Shown here piece after piece: positions 38,855 to 50,092 of a stretch of DNA of 64,000 nt (its first letter is position 1; each line of letters starts with the position of its first letter). The DNA is taken from NCBI RefSeq assembly GCF_040938485.1, contig NW_027272820.1, positions 310,001 through 374,000 of the forward strand, given 5' to 3'. The stretch comes from Diadema antillarum. Taxonomy: Eukaryota. A program made the position numbers and the translations under genes. The notes beneath the pieces were generated by a model, which made no database searches, was not told the DNA's origin, and saw only the letters and a list, made by a program, of their open reading frames with translations.

Positions 38855-39507
38855 CCAGCAAAGCAACTACAGTAGGCACTGTAGATTTTTCCGGAGGACT
38901 TGTCAATGGCAACCCACACGCTGTGAGGTATGTTTTTTACTGCCAATGAGGGAGTACATTGTGCTTTCAACACAGAAACTTCACTTTCCGCTGAAATTGG
39001 GTGGTAGAATATTTCGTGGAGCCACTTGCTGTTGAAGTAAGAGAAGGCCTTTCCCTCTTTGTAGTCTGAGAGTAATCTTTCTTGCAACGTTTTTGGTCTA
39101 GTACCACGCGATTTCCGTTCCATCTTACTTGCTTCACTGGGGCAGGGCGCCTCGCTTAACAACCACTCGGCTATTTCAAAATAACTAACGGGTGGCCAAA
39201 ACTTCACTCCTTCTTTTTCTGGCAACCAGTCATCTTTCAGGTCCGCCAACGGATCTGGAATTTGTTTTCCGTTTATGAACAACAATTCTGCATACTGTTT
39301 TGACCGCGATCGTTCTTCTTCAACTTCGCTTGGTTTCACACTGTATCCAAATCGCACTGCGCTGTAGACTAACGCTTGCAGCTCCGCTTTCAAACCCGTC
39401 GTTTTTAGTCCTCTTATGCGAAGAAAATCCTTTAAAGCGTCCACTTTCCAAAATTTGATTTCTTCCAAGGTTAGCTGACGTTCATTTTCCGTCCCATTTG
39501 CCTCCAT
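38855..39507 (-). CDS. ISL2EU ORF2 exon 1: SAP-like N-terminus to the first half of the SWIM finger
   Basis: WKVDALKDFLRIRGLKTTGLKAEL (SAP-like); ends CSCFAG at donor GG|gtaag. Confidence 0.8.
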
Positions 39508-39702
39508 TTTCGATAAATAGTTAAATATTCATTTCTGAATTCTAATCGTCACTGTACACACGTACGATTCAAGTGCAGACTACGATTATTATAAGTTTGT
39601 TTATCTCCAATGACCTTTGACATAAACCCACAATGCAATGCGCGCCGAGATTGCGAATCGGCTTATTCACGAGTATAAATAGGCGAGCCGCCGTAGTTAA
39701 TA

Positions 39703-39943
39703 GTACGTACACGCCACACGGTAGGGCTGAATTCACGAGTATAGATAGGCGAGCCGCCGTAGTATTAGTACGGACTCGCAGTGGTGGGGCCTATTTCACG
39801 AGTATGCCAGCGATAACGTCAAAAAAATAAAAGACTTCTCCGGACAGACGGATCTTTCTGTCTCTACTCTAGTTCTGCTCAGTCCCACAGCAGACAGACG
39901 GATCTTTCTGTCTAGTTCTGCGTACAGTCCCACATATAGACAT
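39703..39943 (+). repeat. 241-bp direct duplication flanking the Gypsy element, copy A
   Basis: Identical by eye to 46366-46606. Confidence 0.95.
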
Positions 39944-39944
39944 T

Positions 39945-41007
39945 GGTATTATTGGTACGGGCCTATGATGTAATACCTAACAATTACTCACCGAGTGGCT
40001 AACGGGACGACAGGGCTGAAGTAAGGTACCACCAGCAGGAATGGTAGCCGACCGTATGACAGTAGTGTATGGACTGTAGAAAACACCAGGGCACCAGTAG
40101 AGGTGAACAGTGTCCTTGAAATGGGTATTGCACTTCCCGAAATAATATGGACTAACTCCGAATGCACTTAGGGTGTCCGAAGACGACAGTGTCCCATGTA
40201 AATATGTACAAATGATCCAGCGACAGCGTGGAGTAGCCTCCGGGTGCCGCGGCTAGCACAAGCGAGGTTAGGATCCACCGCTGGAGCGCTGGGTCGAAGA
40301 ACTGCGAGGTCCCTGATAGAGTCTGCACACCACCGACAGCACGCTAGCAGGACCGATGCAGCGATGTAACGACGCGAATCGCGTTGAACGCAGCTACGTA
40401 GAAAATCCCCAGGTTGGAGTGTAGAGCATGAAGAAAGGGCGAGTCGCGGTACAAAAAGGAGCGAATGTCGCGAGGTATGAAATCCGAGGAAGTGTAATAT
40501 TCCGTATGAAATGTAATAATCCGTAAGAAATGACAGTCCACGGCGCGAGGTATCATGCGCGAGAAAAGGCGTGGGAAGTAATATACGGACGTGATATGCG
40601 GACGTGAGTGACTCCAACGATTAGAACGTGCTCTCAGGATGAAAGCTAATCGTGAAGTGAGGAAGCGTGGAAAATGAAACAGCGTGGTCGGAGAAAACGT
40701 GTCACGGACAGGAGCTTTGAGAGTGGTAATTGGCTGGTGACAGTGTACAGCTCGCCACTAATTGGTAGGTTGTTTCCGTGACAGCAAAACAAGAGGTGTG
40801 TTTATGAAAATCCGACTACTGTTGGAATGTGAAATACGCGTACCTCGGCACGATGACAAAAGGCGGAGAATGTAGTGCGCACCTGTCATGTGTCGGCGCA
40901 CAAAGAAAGTTCGCGTGGATGTTGACAAAATACTGGGGTCGCCAGACAGCGTAATTTACAACAGCCAGAATGCCAGACAATATGATACATAGTAGAAAAC
41001 CGCTACA
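39945..41007 (-). repeat. 3' LTR (lacks the terminal TACA-3')
   Basis: Matches 45303-46365 at a constant 5358-bp offset; starts TGTAGCGG on the minus strand. Confidence 0.95.
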
Positions 41008-41012
41008 TTTAG

Positions 41013-41021
41013 CCCCCTTCC
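41013..41021 (-). other. Polypurine tract
   Basis: GGAAGGGGG 5 nt upstream of the 3' LTR. Confidence 0.75.
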
Positions 41022-41108
41022 AGATCGCTAGTAGAAGGTCAATGAAGTGAAGACTAAAAACAGGCGATCGATATGAATGAAAGGTAAACAAAGTAGTGGT
41101 TGAAAATC

Positions 41109-44100
41109 TCAGGTATCAAAATACATGTATTGAACGTAACGTGCAGGCCAACGTACTTGCCTACCGGTGCGAGTCGTCCGTGTCGGCTGCTGCGGTTGCG
41201 TTGGCTGTGTTGGCGTAGGCTGCTGCTGCCGTGGTGTAGTGAGCGGGGCGCTCGGTGTGGTCGCCGGAGTTCTGGCGGGGACGGGTGGAGGTTGCTGGTC
41301 CGGTGCGGCTTCTAAGAAGGCGGCCTTTAGGCGGTCGATAGTGACGGTCTCCCTCTTACCGTTGATCTCCAGTGTAAAGTGCTTGGGAGATCGACGCAGC
41401 ACTTTGTATGGTCCAGTGTATGGCGTCTGTAGAGATCGATGTACACCGTCCCGTCTGACAAAAACATGCGTGGAGTTGTGGAGATGTGTAGGGATGTGAG
41501 ATGTGGTGTTCTGTTTGCGTGAGTGGGCTGGATGTAGAGTGGACATGTACTCACGTAAACGATGGACATAGTTGGCAGGATCATCTAGTGTGGTGGTGGT
41601 GGTTGGGATGACCATCTGACCAGGTAGGACTAGAGTCGTGCCATATAACATCTCAGCGGGGGTGCATCCAATATCCTCCTTTATGGTAGACCGTATACCA
41701 AGCAGAATGATGGGGAGGAGTTCATACCACTTGTCGCTGTGGTCGTGGGCTTTCAGCGAGGACTTGAGCTGTCGATGAAAACGCTCGACAAGGCCGTTAG
41801 CAGCTGGGTGGTATGCTGTGGTGTGAATGTGAGTCGTGCCCAGTGTGTTAGTGAGCTCGTTGAAGAGTAACGACTCAAACTGGCGACCTCGGTCTGTAGT
41901 TACAGTAGATGGTACACCGTGCCTGGCTACCCAGTGATGTATGAAGGCTTTGGCGACGGTCTCTGCTGTGATGTCACGGATTGGGATAGCATCTGCCCAT
42001 CTACTGTACCGGTCTACACATGTGAGGAGGTATTGATGTCCACACGATGGGGGGAGGGGTCCAACGATGTCGATGTGGACATGCTGAAATCGAGCATCTG
42101 GAGTAGTGTAAGTGCCCAGTGGAGCCTTGACATGGCGATGTACCTTGGCTTTTTGACAAGCCACACATGACCTGGCCCACTGGCGTACATCTCGTTGCAT
42201 GTTAGGCCATACGAAGCGTGATGAGACGAGCTTCTGTGTAGCACGAATTCCTGGGTGGGAGATGTCGTGCAGTGTGTGAAAGACTGTCCTTCTGTGTGAC
42301 ATGGGGACATAAGGACGTTGAATTCCAGTAGAAACGTCGCACCAAATCTCACCAGTACCATCAGGCAGGGGGAGACGCCTGAATGAAAGGGATGGTAACT
42401 GCTGAGTTGTCGTCCACTCGTCGTCGCCTTCCTGATCGTTGGCGAGCTGCCGTAGATTGACGACGGAGGATGTATGAAGTGCGTCGACGTGTATGCGTGA
42501 AAGTGCGTCGGCTACAGTGTTGTTGTGACCACTAACATGGCGTATGTCAGTAGTGAACTGTGAGATGTAGTCCAAGTGACGTACTTCACGGGGGGAATGA
42601 CGGTCTGGCTTGGCCTGGAATGCGTAGGTAAGGGGCTTATGGTCCGTGAAAAGGATGAAAGGACGTCCTTCTAGCAGATAGCGAAAGTGCCGCACCGCTA
42701 AGTAGGCTGCTAGAAGCTCACGACCAAAAGCACTGTAGCGTGTCTCAGCAGGCTTAAGTTTCTGGGAAAAGAAGGCGATGGGGTACCACTCACCGTGCGA
42801 AAACTGCTGCAAAACGCCACCTACAGCCGTATCTGAAGCGTCTACCATAAGACTGGTAGGTAGACCAGATGAAGGATGTGTCAACATGGTGGCGCTGGCA
42901 AGAGCTGCTTTCACACGAGTGAAGGAAGTCTCACACTCCGGTGTCCATGGGATGGGCTTGTTGCTGCGTTTGGGGAGATCGCGCAATGCGTTCGTGAGGG
43001 GTGTGAGCATTGCAGCAGCACTGGGGATGAATCGTCGGTAGAAATTGACGAGCCCAAGGAAGCGTCGAAGTTGCTTGATGGACGAAGGACGAGGGAAATC
43101 GTGAATGACTTTCACCTTCTCGGGTAGTGGGCTAATGCCGTGCTGGTCGACGTGGTGACCGAGGAAATCCAGCTCGTTCGCACCGAATACGCATTTGGCT
43201 GGGTTGATGACCACTCCGTATTCGGTGAGCCGTGCGAACAGAGTATGGAGGTGACGTTCATGTTCCTCAGGGGACTCACTGGCGATGAGGAGGTCGTCGA
43301 TGTAGGCAAAGACGAAAGGCAGGCCTCGGGTAACCTCATCGATGAAACGTTGGAAGGACTGGGCCGCATTCCGCAGACCAAACGGCATGCGAGTGAACTC
43401 AAACATCCCAAATGGTGTGGTGATGGCAGTCTTTGGGACGTCGTCTGGGTGAACTGGGATTTGGTGGTATGCACGAACCAAGTCTATCTTAGTGAAGATG
43501 GACTTGCCTTGGAGTTGGGCAGTAAAGTCGTGCAGATGGGGAATTGGGTACTGGTCTGGTATCGTCCTGGCGTTGAGGGCGCGATAATCCCCGCACGGTC
43601 GCCAGTCTCCCGGGGTTTTCTTGGGCACCATGTGTAGTGGGGATGACCAGTTGCTGCTGGAGGGACGGATGATACCCAGCTCTAACATGTGTTCAAATTC
43701 TGCCTTGGCGATGGCGAGGCGGTCTGCTGCCAAGCGACGTGGTCGGGCTGCCACGGGGGGTCCACGGGTAACTATGTGGTGAGTTACCGAATGTTTCACG
43801 GCCTTCTGATCATAGGTAGGGCGAGTGATAGGATACTGTTGGACGATAGTATCATACCTATGATCGTCCGGCCGAGAGAACATCGGGCTCACGATGGAGG
43901 GAGAGTTGTGGGCGCAGACACCATTGACAGAAAGGTGTGTAGTGGAGTCAATGAGCTTGTGGTGTTTGACATCCACTAACAAACCAAAATGTCGCAAGAA
44001 ATCTGCCCCGATGATGGGTGTGGGCACATCTGCTAGGATGAAAATCCATCGAAAGGTGCGACGAAGACCAAAATCGAGCGTGAGTGAGCGCTCTCCATAA

Positions 44101-44366
44101 GTGGTGATAGAAGACTTGTTCACCGCCTGTAGATGAAATGTGGGCGAAGAATTAGTCTTATCACCTGCTGAAGGAGGAAGGACGCTGACTTCAGCTCCAG
44201 TGTCGACTAAAAAGCGTGTGCCGTGTTGTCTATCTGTGATGTAAAATAGGCGACCTGTTGTATCACTGCCAGAGGGACTGGTCGCCGCTAATCTCTGGCT
44301 GGGCCGTTTCCCTGCTGTTGTGGTGGATGCGGCTTTTGTTTGCGCCGCGAACAGGGTGAGCGACAC
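41109..44366 (-). CDS. pol: Gypsy Pol (PR-RT-RNase H-IN), probably expressed by -1 frameshift
   Basis: [10 protein letters not shown]; FAYIDD; DAS...ELLA...TDH; HHCC (HDISH...CVAC) and HIDIVG/TDRG/VERFH; no stops. Confidence 0.97.
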   Translation of the reverse strand: MSLTLFAAQTKAASTTTAGKRPSQRLAATSPSGSDTTGRLFYITDRQHGTRFLVDTGAEVSVLPPSAGDKTNSSPTFHLQAVNKSSITTYGERSLTLDFGLRRTFRWIFILADVPTPIIGADFLRHFGLLVDVKHHKLIDSTTHLSVNGVCAHNSPSIVSPMFSRPDDHRYDTIVQQYPITRPTYDQKAVKHSVTHHIVTRGPPVAARPRRLAADRLAIAKAEFEHMLELGIIRPSSSNWSSPLHMVPKKTPGDWRPCGDYRALNARTIPDQYPIPHLHDFTAQLQGKSIFTKIDLVRAYHQIPVHPDDVPKTAITTPFGMFEFTRMPFGLRNAAQSFQRFIDEVTRGLPFVFAYIDDLLIASESPEEHERHLHTLFARLTEYGVVINPAKCVFGANELDFLGHHVDQHGISPLPEKVKVIHDFPRPSSIKQLRRFLGLVNFYRRFIPSAAAMLTPLTNALRDLPKRSNKPIPWTPECETSFTRVKAALASATMLTHPSSGLPTSLMVDASDTAVGGVLQQFSHGEWYPIAFFSQKLKPAETRYSAFGRELLAAYLAVRHFRYLLEGRPFILFTDHKPLTYAFQAKPDRHSPREVRHLDYISQFTTDIRHVSGHNNTVADALSRIHVDALHTSSVVNLRQLANDQEGDDEWTTTQQLPSLSFRRLPLPDGTGEIWCDVSTGIQRPYVPMSHRRTVFHTLHDISHPGIRATQKLVSSRFVWPNMQRDVRQWARSCVACQKAKVHRHVKAPLGTYTTPDARFQHVHIDIVGPLPPSCGHQYLLTCVDRYSRWADAIPIRDITAETVAKAFIHHWVARHGVPSTVTTDRGRQFESLLFNELTNTLGTTHIHTTAYHPAANGLVERFHRQLKSSLKAHDHSDKWYELLPIILLGIRSTIKEDIGCTPAEMLYGTTLVLPGQMVIPTTTTTLDDPANYVHRLREYMSTLHPAHSRKQNTTSHIPTHLHNSTHVFVRRDGVHRSLQTPYTGPYKVLRRSPKHFTLEINGKRETVTIDRLKAAFLEAAPDQQPPPVPARTPATTPSAPLTTPRQQQPTPTQPTQPQQPTRTTRTGRQVRWPARYVQYMYFDT

Positions 44367-45229
44367 TGCTGGGCGTCATCGCCGAACTTCCAGTGGTAGT
44401 AACACTCACTACCGGCGTGGCGCTGTTTAGAGTCGGCTCGCTTCCGTGAAGAACCACGCGACCCGCTTCCACGGCCGCGGTTGCTGCCTCGGGACCGCTG
44501 GCGCCCACGCTCGTCGAGACGGGAAGCTATCGCGTACACCTGTGTCGTCAGCATGGCGACCTGTGCTGTGAGGTGCGCTACGGGATCTGCCGCCGGGGGA
44601 CTGGGAGACGTCGGTGGGAGAGTAGCCGACGGAACGGAGAAAGGCTGGGGCATGGACGGCGGAGCTGTCACAGTAGCGACCGATAGGGGCGTGGCGACCT
44701 CTATGATTTTGTCCGCCAATTCAGCGACCTGCTCAATAGAGACTTCCGTGGATGTGGAGGCCAAGATCTGCTGAACGTTGCGTGGTAAGCGCTGCAAGAA
44801 CAGCTGTTTCAAGATGCTGTCTTCCAAGGTCGCGTCGCCGAGCAGCTGCTTCATACGACGAAGGAGTTGTGAAGGTTTGCGGTCGCCTAACTCCTCCGCT
44901 GTGAGTAACTGGTGGAGCCGCCGCTGCTCCGATACGGTCGTCCGCTTTATGAGCTCGGCCTTCACCTTGTCATACGCGTCGGTGGTGGGAGGGGAGATTA
45001 TGAATTCTCTCACTTCCTGTGCGATCTCCGGCTGCAGGGAGGAGATTACGTATGCGAAACGCGTCTGCTGAGTAGTAATACTCCTGGTGACGAATTGCGC
45101 TTCCACCTGCGCGAACCAGAGTGCGGGATCGTTCGGCCAGAAGGGAGGGAGCTTGAGGCTAACCGCCGTGACCGCTGGCGTGGATGTCGCGGCAGCCGGG
45201 GTGGCGTTACCCTCGTCGCCGTCGGCCAT
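44288..45229 (-). CDS. gag: Gypsy Gag with CHCC motif
   Basis: [21 protein letters not shown]; [18 protein letters not shown]; 313 aa, intact. Confidence 0.95.
   Translation of the reverse strand: MADGDEGNATPAAATSTPAVTAVSLKLPPFWPNDPALWFAQVEAQFVTRSITTQQTRFAYVISSLQPEIAQEVREFIISPPTTDAYDKVKAELIKRTTVSEQRRLHQLLTAEELGDRKPSQLLRRMKQLLGDATLEDSILKQLFLQRLPRNVQQILASTSTEVSIEQVAELADKIIEVATPLSVATVTAPPSMPQPFSVPSATLPPTSPSPPAADPVAHLTAQVAMLTTQVYAIASRLDERGRQRSRGSNRGRGSGSRGSSRKRADSKQRHAGSECYYHWKFGDDAQQCRSPCSRRKQKPHPPQQQGNGPARD
44306..44312 (-). promoter_or_regulatory. -1 ribosomal frameshift slippery heptamer G GGA AAC
   Basis: X XXY YYZ in the gag frame; a -1 shift gives GKRPSQRL, the pol frame. Confidence 0.8.
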
Positions 45230-45279
45230 TGTAGAAGTGAAGGAAGGAGGATGAGAAGACGTGAAGTCGGCCCTAAACT

Positions 45280-45297
45280 ATCACGTCGGGGTCACCA
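45280..45297 (-). other. Primer-binding site for tRNA-Trp
   Basis: TGGTGACCCCGACGTGAT 1 nt after the 5' LTR; complementary to the eukaryotic tRNA-Trp 3' end. Confidence 0.9.
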
Positions 45298-45298
45298 A

Positions 45299-46365
45299 TG
45301 TAGGTATTATTGGTACGGGCCTATGATGTAATACCTAACAATTACTCACCGAGTGGCTAACGGGACGACAGGGCTGAAGTAAGGTACCACCAGCAGGAAT
45401 GGTAGCCGACCGTATGACAGTAGTGTATGGACTGTAGAAAACACCAGGGCACCAGTAGAGGTGAACAGTGTCCTTGAAATGGGTATTGCACTTCCCGAAA
45501 TAATATGGACTAACTCCGAATGCACTTAGGGTGTCCGAAGACGACAGTGTCCCATGTAAATATGTACAAATGATCCAGCGACAGCGTGGAGTAGCCTCCG
45601 GGTGCCGCGGCTAGCACAAGCGAGGTTAGGATCCACCGCTGGAGCGCTGGGTCGAAGAACTGCGAGGTCCCTGATAGAGTCTGCACACCACCGACAGCAC
45701 GCTAGCAGGACCGATGCAGCGATGTAACGACGCGAATCGCGTTGAACGCAGCTACGTAGAAAATCCCCAGGTTGGAGTGTAGAGCATGAAGAAAGGGCGA
45801 GTCGCGGTACAAAAAGGAGCGAATGTCGCGAGGTATGAAATCCGAGGAAGTGTAATATTCCGTATGAAATGTAATAATCCGTAAGAAATGACAGTCCACG
45901 GCGCGAGGTATCATGCGCGAGAAAAGGCGTGGGAAGTAATATACGGACGTGATATGCGGACGTGAGTGACTCCAACGATTAGAACGTGCTCTCAGGATGA
46001 AAGCTAATCGTGAAGTGAGGAAGCGTGGAAAATGAAACAGCGTGGTCGGAGAAAACGTGTCACGGACAGGAGCTTTGAGAGTGGTAATTGGCTGGTGACA
46101 GTGTACAGCTCGCCACTAATTGGTAGGTTGTTTCCGTGACAGCAAAACAAGAGGTGTGTTTATGAAAATCCGACTACTGTTGGAATGTGAAATACGCGTA
46201 CCTCGGCACGATGACAAAAGGCGGAGAATGTAGTGCGCACCTGTCATGTGTCGGCGCACAAAGAAAGTTCGCGTGGATGTTGACAAAATACTGGGGTCGC
46301 CAGACAGCGTAATTTACAACAGCCAGAATGCCAGACAATATGATACATAGTAGAAAACCGCTACA
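45299..46365 (-). repeat. 5' LTR, 1067 bp, TG...CA
   Basis: Minus strand TGTAGCGG ... ACCTACA. Confidence 0.97.
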
Positions 46366-46606
46366 GTACGTACACGCCACACGGTAGGGCTGAATTCACG
46401 AGTATAGATAGGCGAGCCGCCGTAGTATTAGTACGGACTCGCAGTGGTGGGGCCTATTTCACGAGTATGCCAGCGATAACGTCAAAAAAATAAAAGACTT
46501 CTCCGGACAGACGGATCTTTCTGTCTCTACTCTAGTTCTGCTCAGTCCCACAGCAGACAGACGGATCTTTCTGTCTAGTTCTGCGTACAGTCCCACATAT
46601 AGACAT
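46366..46606 (+). repeat. 241-bp direct duplication, copy B
   Basis: Identical by eye to 39703-39943; continues into the original flank CCATGTCCC. Confidence 0.95.
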
Positions 46607-47199
46607 CCATGTCCCAAAGTTACCTCACGTATGGTGATCTGCGTTATTGAAAATTATTTGAAAACAAACTTTCATCGTGCAAAAGCCATGGCGTTAGAAT
46701 TTGATTTGACTATGGCTAAAAATAAAATACCTGTATGAATAGCATAACTCTTACCCGTTTTTCTGTCTCCAAAGAAGCAGTTGACGCACCAAAGTTGCGT
46801 CGTTCTTCACGGTCGATGAAGTAGCGAGGTTATGGGTATCACACGCCTAGCTACTGGGATACTCTGCTTTGCACACGTAACACACGTACGTACTACACGT
46901 GCTCTCTGAGTTAGTGGGAATCGCGCCATCTATTGACTTACAGCCGAATAACGAAAAATGACTGAAAAAAAAAGTCTCATGCGAGGTTGTAGGTTGGGGC
47001 CGTTCGAATCTGTATGCTCTGCATTCTTGATGCACTGGACTAAATAGAGATGGGATACATGCACATGTATAAAGGTAAATGTAGATAAGAGCAGATGAGC
47101 CCGCCCCATCAGAATTTTCATATTTAAGAGGCATGTATAGGATCACCAAGAAAAGTGTACAACCACTGACGGGATTACTAATACCCTGTTCAAATAAGA

Positions 47200-47350
47200 C
47201 GAATAGATGAATGAATGACTGACTGACTGACTGACTGACTGAAATGAATAGATGAATAATTAGATAAATAAATAAATAAATAAACAAATAAATAAACAAA
47301 ACAAAACCAAATATAAACAGATGACTAGGTAAATAAATGAATAAATAATA
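47200..47350. repeat. Compound ATGA/ACTG/ATAA tetranucleotide repeat
   Basis: Direct reading. Confidence 0.85.
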
Positions 47351-47846
47351 AATGGGATAAACGCTCCTTTGTTGTTCGCCGTGCCTGGTAAAGTACTGTA
47401 TACTCACGTGGGGAGTTAACTTATGAAGTCATTCAACACATTCCACCGTTAAGTAGCCGTTTATCATAATATGTAGAAAATGGTCTAAATGTTTTTGAAG
47501 TTGTTGATAGAAAATGGCACAGGCCCAATCGTTTTAAAAATATGTGACCGCCCAGCTCGAAACCTACAATAGGTCAAAATAAGATTCCACTTTTCTGCAC
47601 AATAACAGATGAAGCTCTACGCTTTAAAATTGTATATAGGCCTAGACTGGTTAATATTGGACCACCCTATCCCATTCAAAAAGCGATTCAAATAAGAGAG
47701 AGTTAGAAGGTGCAGTTTCATAGAAAAGGGGAAAAAAAGAGGATTTAAAGATTGGGGTTACTCGGGCATGCTGTGCAGGAGTAGGCTCTATGAAAACATA
47801 TTCCCTTATACAGTGAAATGCAACACTAGTGTCCGAAAAAAACCCA

Positions 47847-48256
47847 TAATAATAATAATAATAATAATAATAACAGAGGACTCTTATAAAGTGCCCATTC
47901 TAACTAAAAAAAAGATACTCATGGCGCTGTAGAACAGAGTACATGTATCACGATACAACAGAGTATCACAGAAGATATAGAACAATAAACAAACAAACAA
48001 TATACGAACATACCGTTACATACAGGTAAACAATAATCAATTTAAATTGAAAAGGTAGGTCTTGAGGTTCTTTTTAAAATCATCGATAGAAGATGCTTGT
48101 CGAAGAGATTTTGGAAGGCTATTCCAAAGTTTTGGGCCCATGTATGAGAAAGCATGATCCCCCAACTATGCTTGATTCGAGGTACATGTAATTGTTGCGA
48201 GTACTTTGAAGGTAGGCAGGGGCAAATTTGTGCAATGTACGGTAGACAAAAAAAAA
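47847..48256 (-). mobile_element. L2/CR1-group LINE 3' remnant with (ATT)n tail
   Basis: Frameshifted ORF2 C-terminus: VYRTLHKFAPAYL ... GPKLWNSLP ... FKKNLKTYLF. Confidence 0.7.
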
Positions 48257-48486
48257 AAAATGCCAGGGGTAAAATGGCAGAGGTGAAAATGGCAGAGGTA
48301 AAAATGGCAGAGGTAAAAATGGCAGAGGTAAAAATGGCAGGGGTAAAAATGGCAGAGGTAAAAATGGCAGGGGTAAAATTGGCAGGGGTAGAAATGGCAG
48401 AGGTAAAAATGGCAGAGGTAAAAATGGCAGAGGTAATAATGGCAGAGGTAAAAATGGCAGAGATAAAAATGGCAGAAGTAAAATGT
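48257..48486 (+). repeat. 15-bp minisatellite (AAAATGGCAGAGGTA)n, ~15 units
   Basis: Direct reading; produces the spurious MAEVK ORF. Confidence 0.9.
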
Positions 48487-48721
48487 CAAAAGTAATGAGA
48501 GCGATTTCGTGAGATATAAACGTATGAAGAGGTTTTGAATGATAACCTTGCCAGAGCAAACTGTATTTATCGAATTATCAAATCCAAATCGCAGATTTGA
48601 AGAATATTGATTGAATTACTGATTGAATTACTGAATTATTGAATTATCATGAATTTGAATTACAAAGCAGTACCCGCTGCATGCTATAAGGATTAGAACC
48701 AACACTTGCTTTCGGGCGAAA

Positions 48722-48800
48722 GCTCGGTGGTCCAGTGGAGATGACGCCTGTCCGGTGATCAGGAGGTCGTAGGTTCAAATCCTGCTCGAGTATGTACGCC
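48722..48800 (+). mobile_element. tRNA-derived SINE head
   Basis: A box TGGTCCAGTGG at 48728, B box GGTTCAAATCC at 48772; no full cloverleaf seen. Confidence 0.6.
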
Positions 48801-49033
48801 CATGAATTTTTTATCATGGCTACTACTAAGACACTGATCAATTCAGTGCTTATTTACGTCGATGTAGGGCAATTTGTCAATCAGTTGCATTGATTGAATT
48901 ATGTTTTAAAAAGGTTAGAGCACTCTCATTATTCTGAGTTTGATTCAAGTGCAGTGGCGTAATCTGTCTTTGTGCAGAAAAATAATAAACCAGCTAAGAG
49001 CCTAGTAGGCCTATGGGATTATTTTATTATTCA

Positions 49034-49035
<2 letters not shown>

Positions 49036-49083
<48 letters not shown>
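49036..49083. repeat. (ATT)n microsatellite
   Basis: Direct reading. Confidence 0.95.
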
Positions 49084-49085
<2 letters not shown>

Positions 49086-49915
49086 CTATCATTATAAGGG
49101 GTTTCCAACAATGCTGCAAAGCCCTTAAACAGTATAATCCTACGTTGTTTCTCCCAATGAAGTTATCACACACACGCACACACACACACGAACCCACTTT
49201 TGGTATAAACATATACGCAGATATACATCCTCTCACATACACACTCTTACACAAACGAATTCCGCTCACGTCCAGGCTAGTATATTGTCATTATTTTTCA
49301 TTTTTTCACTGTTTAGTGTAAAGAAGTGAAGGAGACATAGTCGTATCAAACCGCTAATTTTTCACCTGTTCAATATTATTTTTTCACATTCAGGTTTCGT
49401 AGGAGCCTATTTATCTCACAAGGCCTGATCACGACATAATGTAGAAGTAAAAATACAAAACGCAAAAAACAAACTACAGCAGATGTATCGGCAGACATAA
49501 GTAAGCTCTTGCAAAATATTTTATTACATTGTTCAAGTATCACATGGCGCAAAAACAAATAAGCTCTTGCAAAATATTTTATTGCATTGTTCAAGTATCA
49601 AATGGCGCAAAAACAAATATCTCGAAATTTAATGAACACTTTGTGGTCACTTTACAAACTTATGCCTATTAAAACTGGAGACGAACTTTAGCAATAAACT
49701 GTTCTAGTGAGATTAAAAACTGATAGTTTGCCATGGGATTTCTTTCAATCATTGTTGAAAGAATCCGCAGGCGAAAAAATGTAAATGTTTGATGCCTTTC
49801 AAACTTAGCTGTTGCTCCAAAGTCAGATTCCATTATGTTATCAACACGGTGTGTTGCTAAAGATTGGTAGATTCAGCCACCGAAAATGACGTTGTTCCCT
49901 CGTTATACAACAACA

Positions 49916-50088
49916 CTAACAGTATAAAGAAAATCCAATCCAATCCCATCCAGGTAGATTGAAATCACCGCCTATGACTACCATATGATCGCGATTCAAT
50001 TTACACAGGGATCGCTGAAGCTCTGCAAGACTCTCTCTACATGTGCCGCGGGGAGAAATGTAACACTGCCCTATTAAATTTCTCCCAG
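49916..50088 (-). mobile_element. LINE AP-endonuclease fragment
   Basis: CYISP ... VIGGDFNLPGWDW; interrupted by the element at 50093. Confidence 0.6.
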
Positions 50089-50092
50089 TTAA

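Larger units (their letters stand above)
28127..39664 (+). mobile_element. ISL2EU-type DNA transposon (PIF/Harbinger-ISL2EU group), 11.5 kb
   Basis: AT TSD (28125-28126, 39665-39666); TIRs AAGCCTTTTCGCAGT / AAGCCGATTCGCAAT (12/15); joined flanks recreate CTGAATTCACGAG, identical to the empty motif at 39727; THAP-DDE plus convergent YqaJ gene is the known ISL2EU layout. Confidence 0.85.
39945..46365 (-). mobile_element. Full-length Ty3/Gypsy LTR retrotransposon, CsRn1-like lineage
   Basis: Two LTRs, intact gag and pol, tRNA-Trp PBS, CHCC Gag motif, PPT. Confidence 0.95.

Noticed and set aside
28000-39810. CRISPR-like reading of the ATTCACGAGTAT repeats
   Set aside because: Only four degenerate copies, two spacers are near duplicates, spacing is irregular, the context is eukaryotic and there are no cas genes
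40168-40617. 149-aa ORF and its twin at 45526-45975
   Set aside because: Lies within the LTRs with no recognisable domain; duplicated only because the LTR is
41100-45331. Many + strand ORFs overlapping gag and pol
   Set aside because: Antisense shadows of GC-rich coding sequence
48119-48559. MAEVK, LPFLP and GKNGR repeat ORFs here and at 55049-55409
   Set aside because: Translations of a 15-bp minisatellite open in several frames
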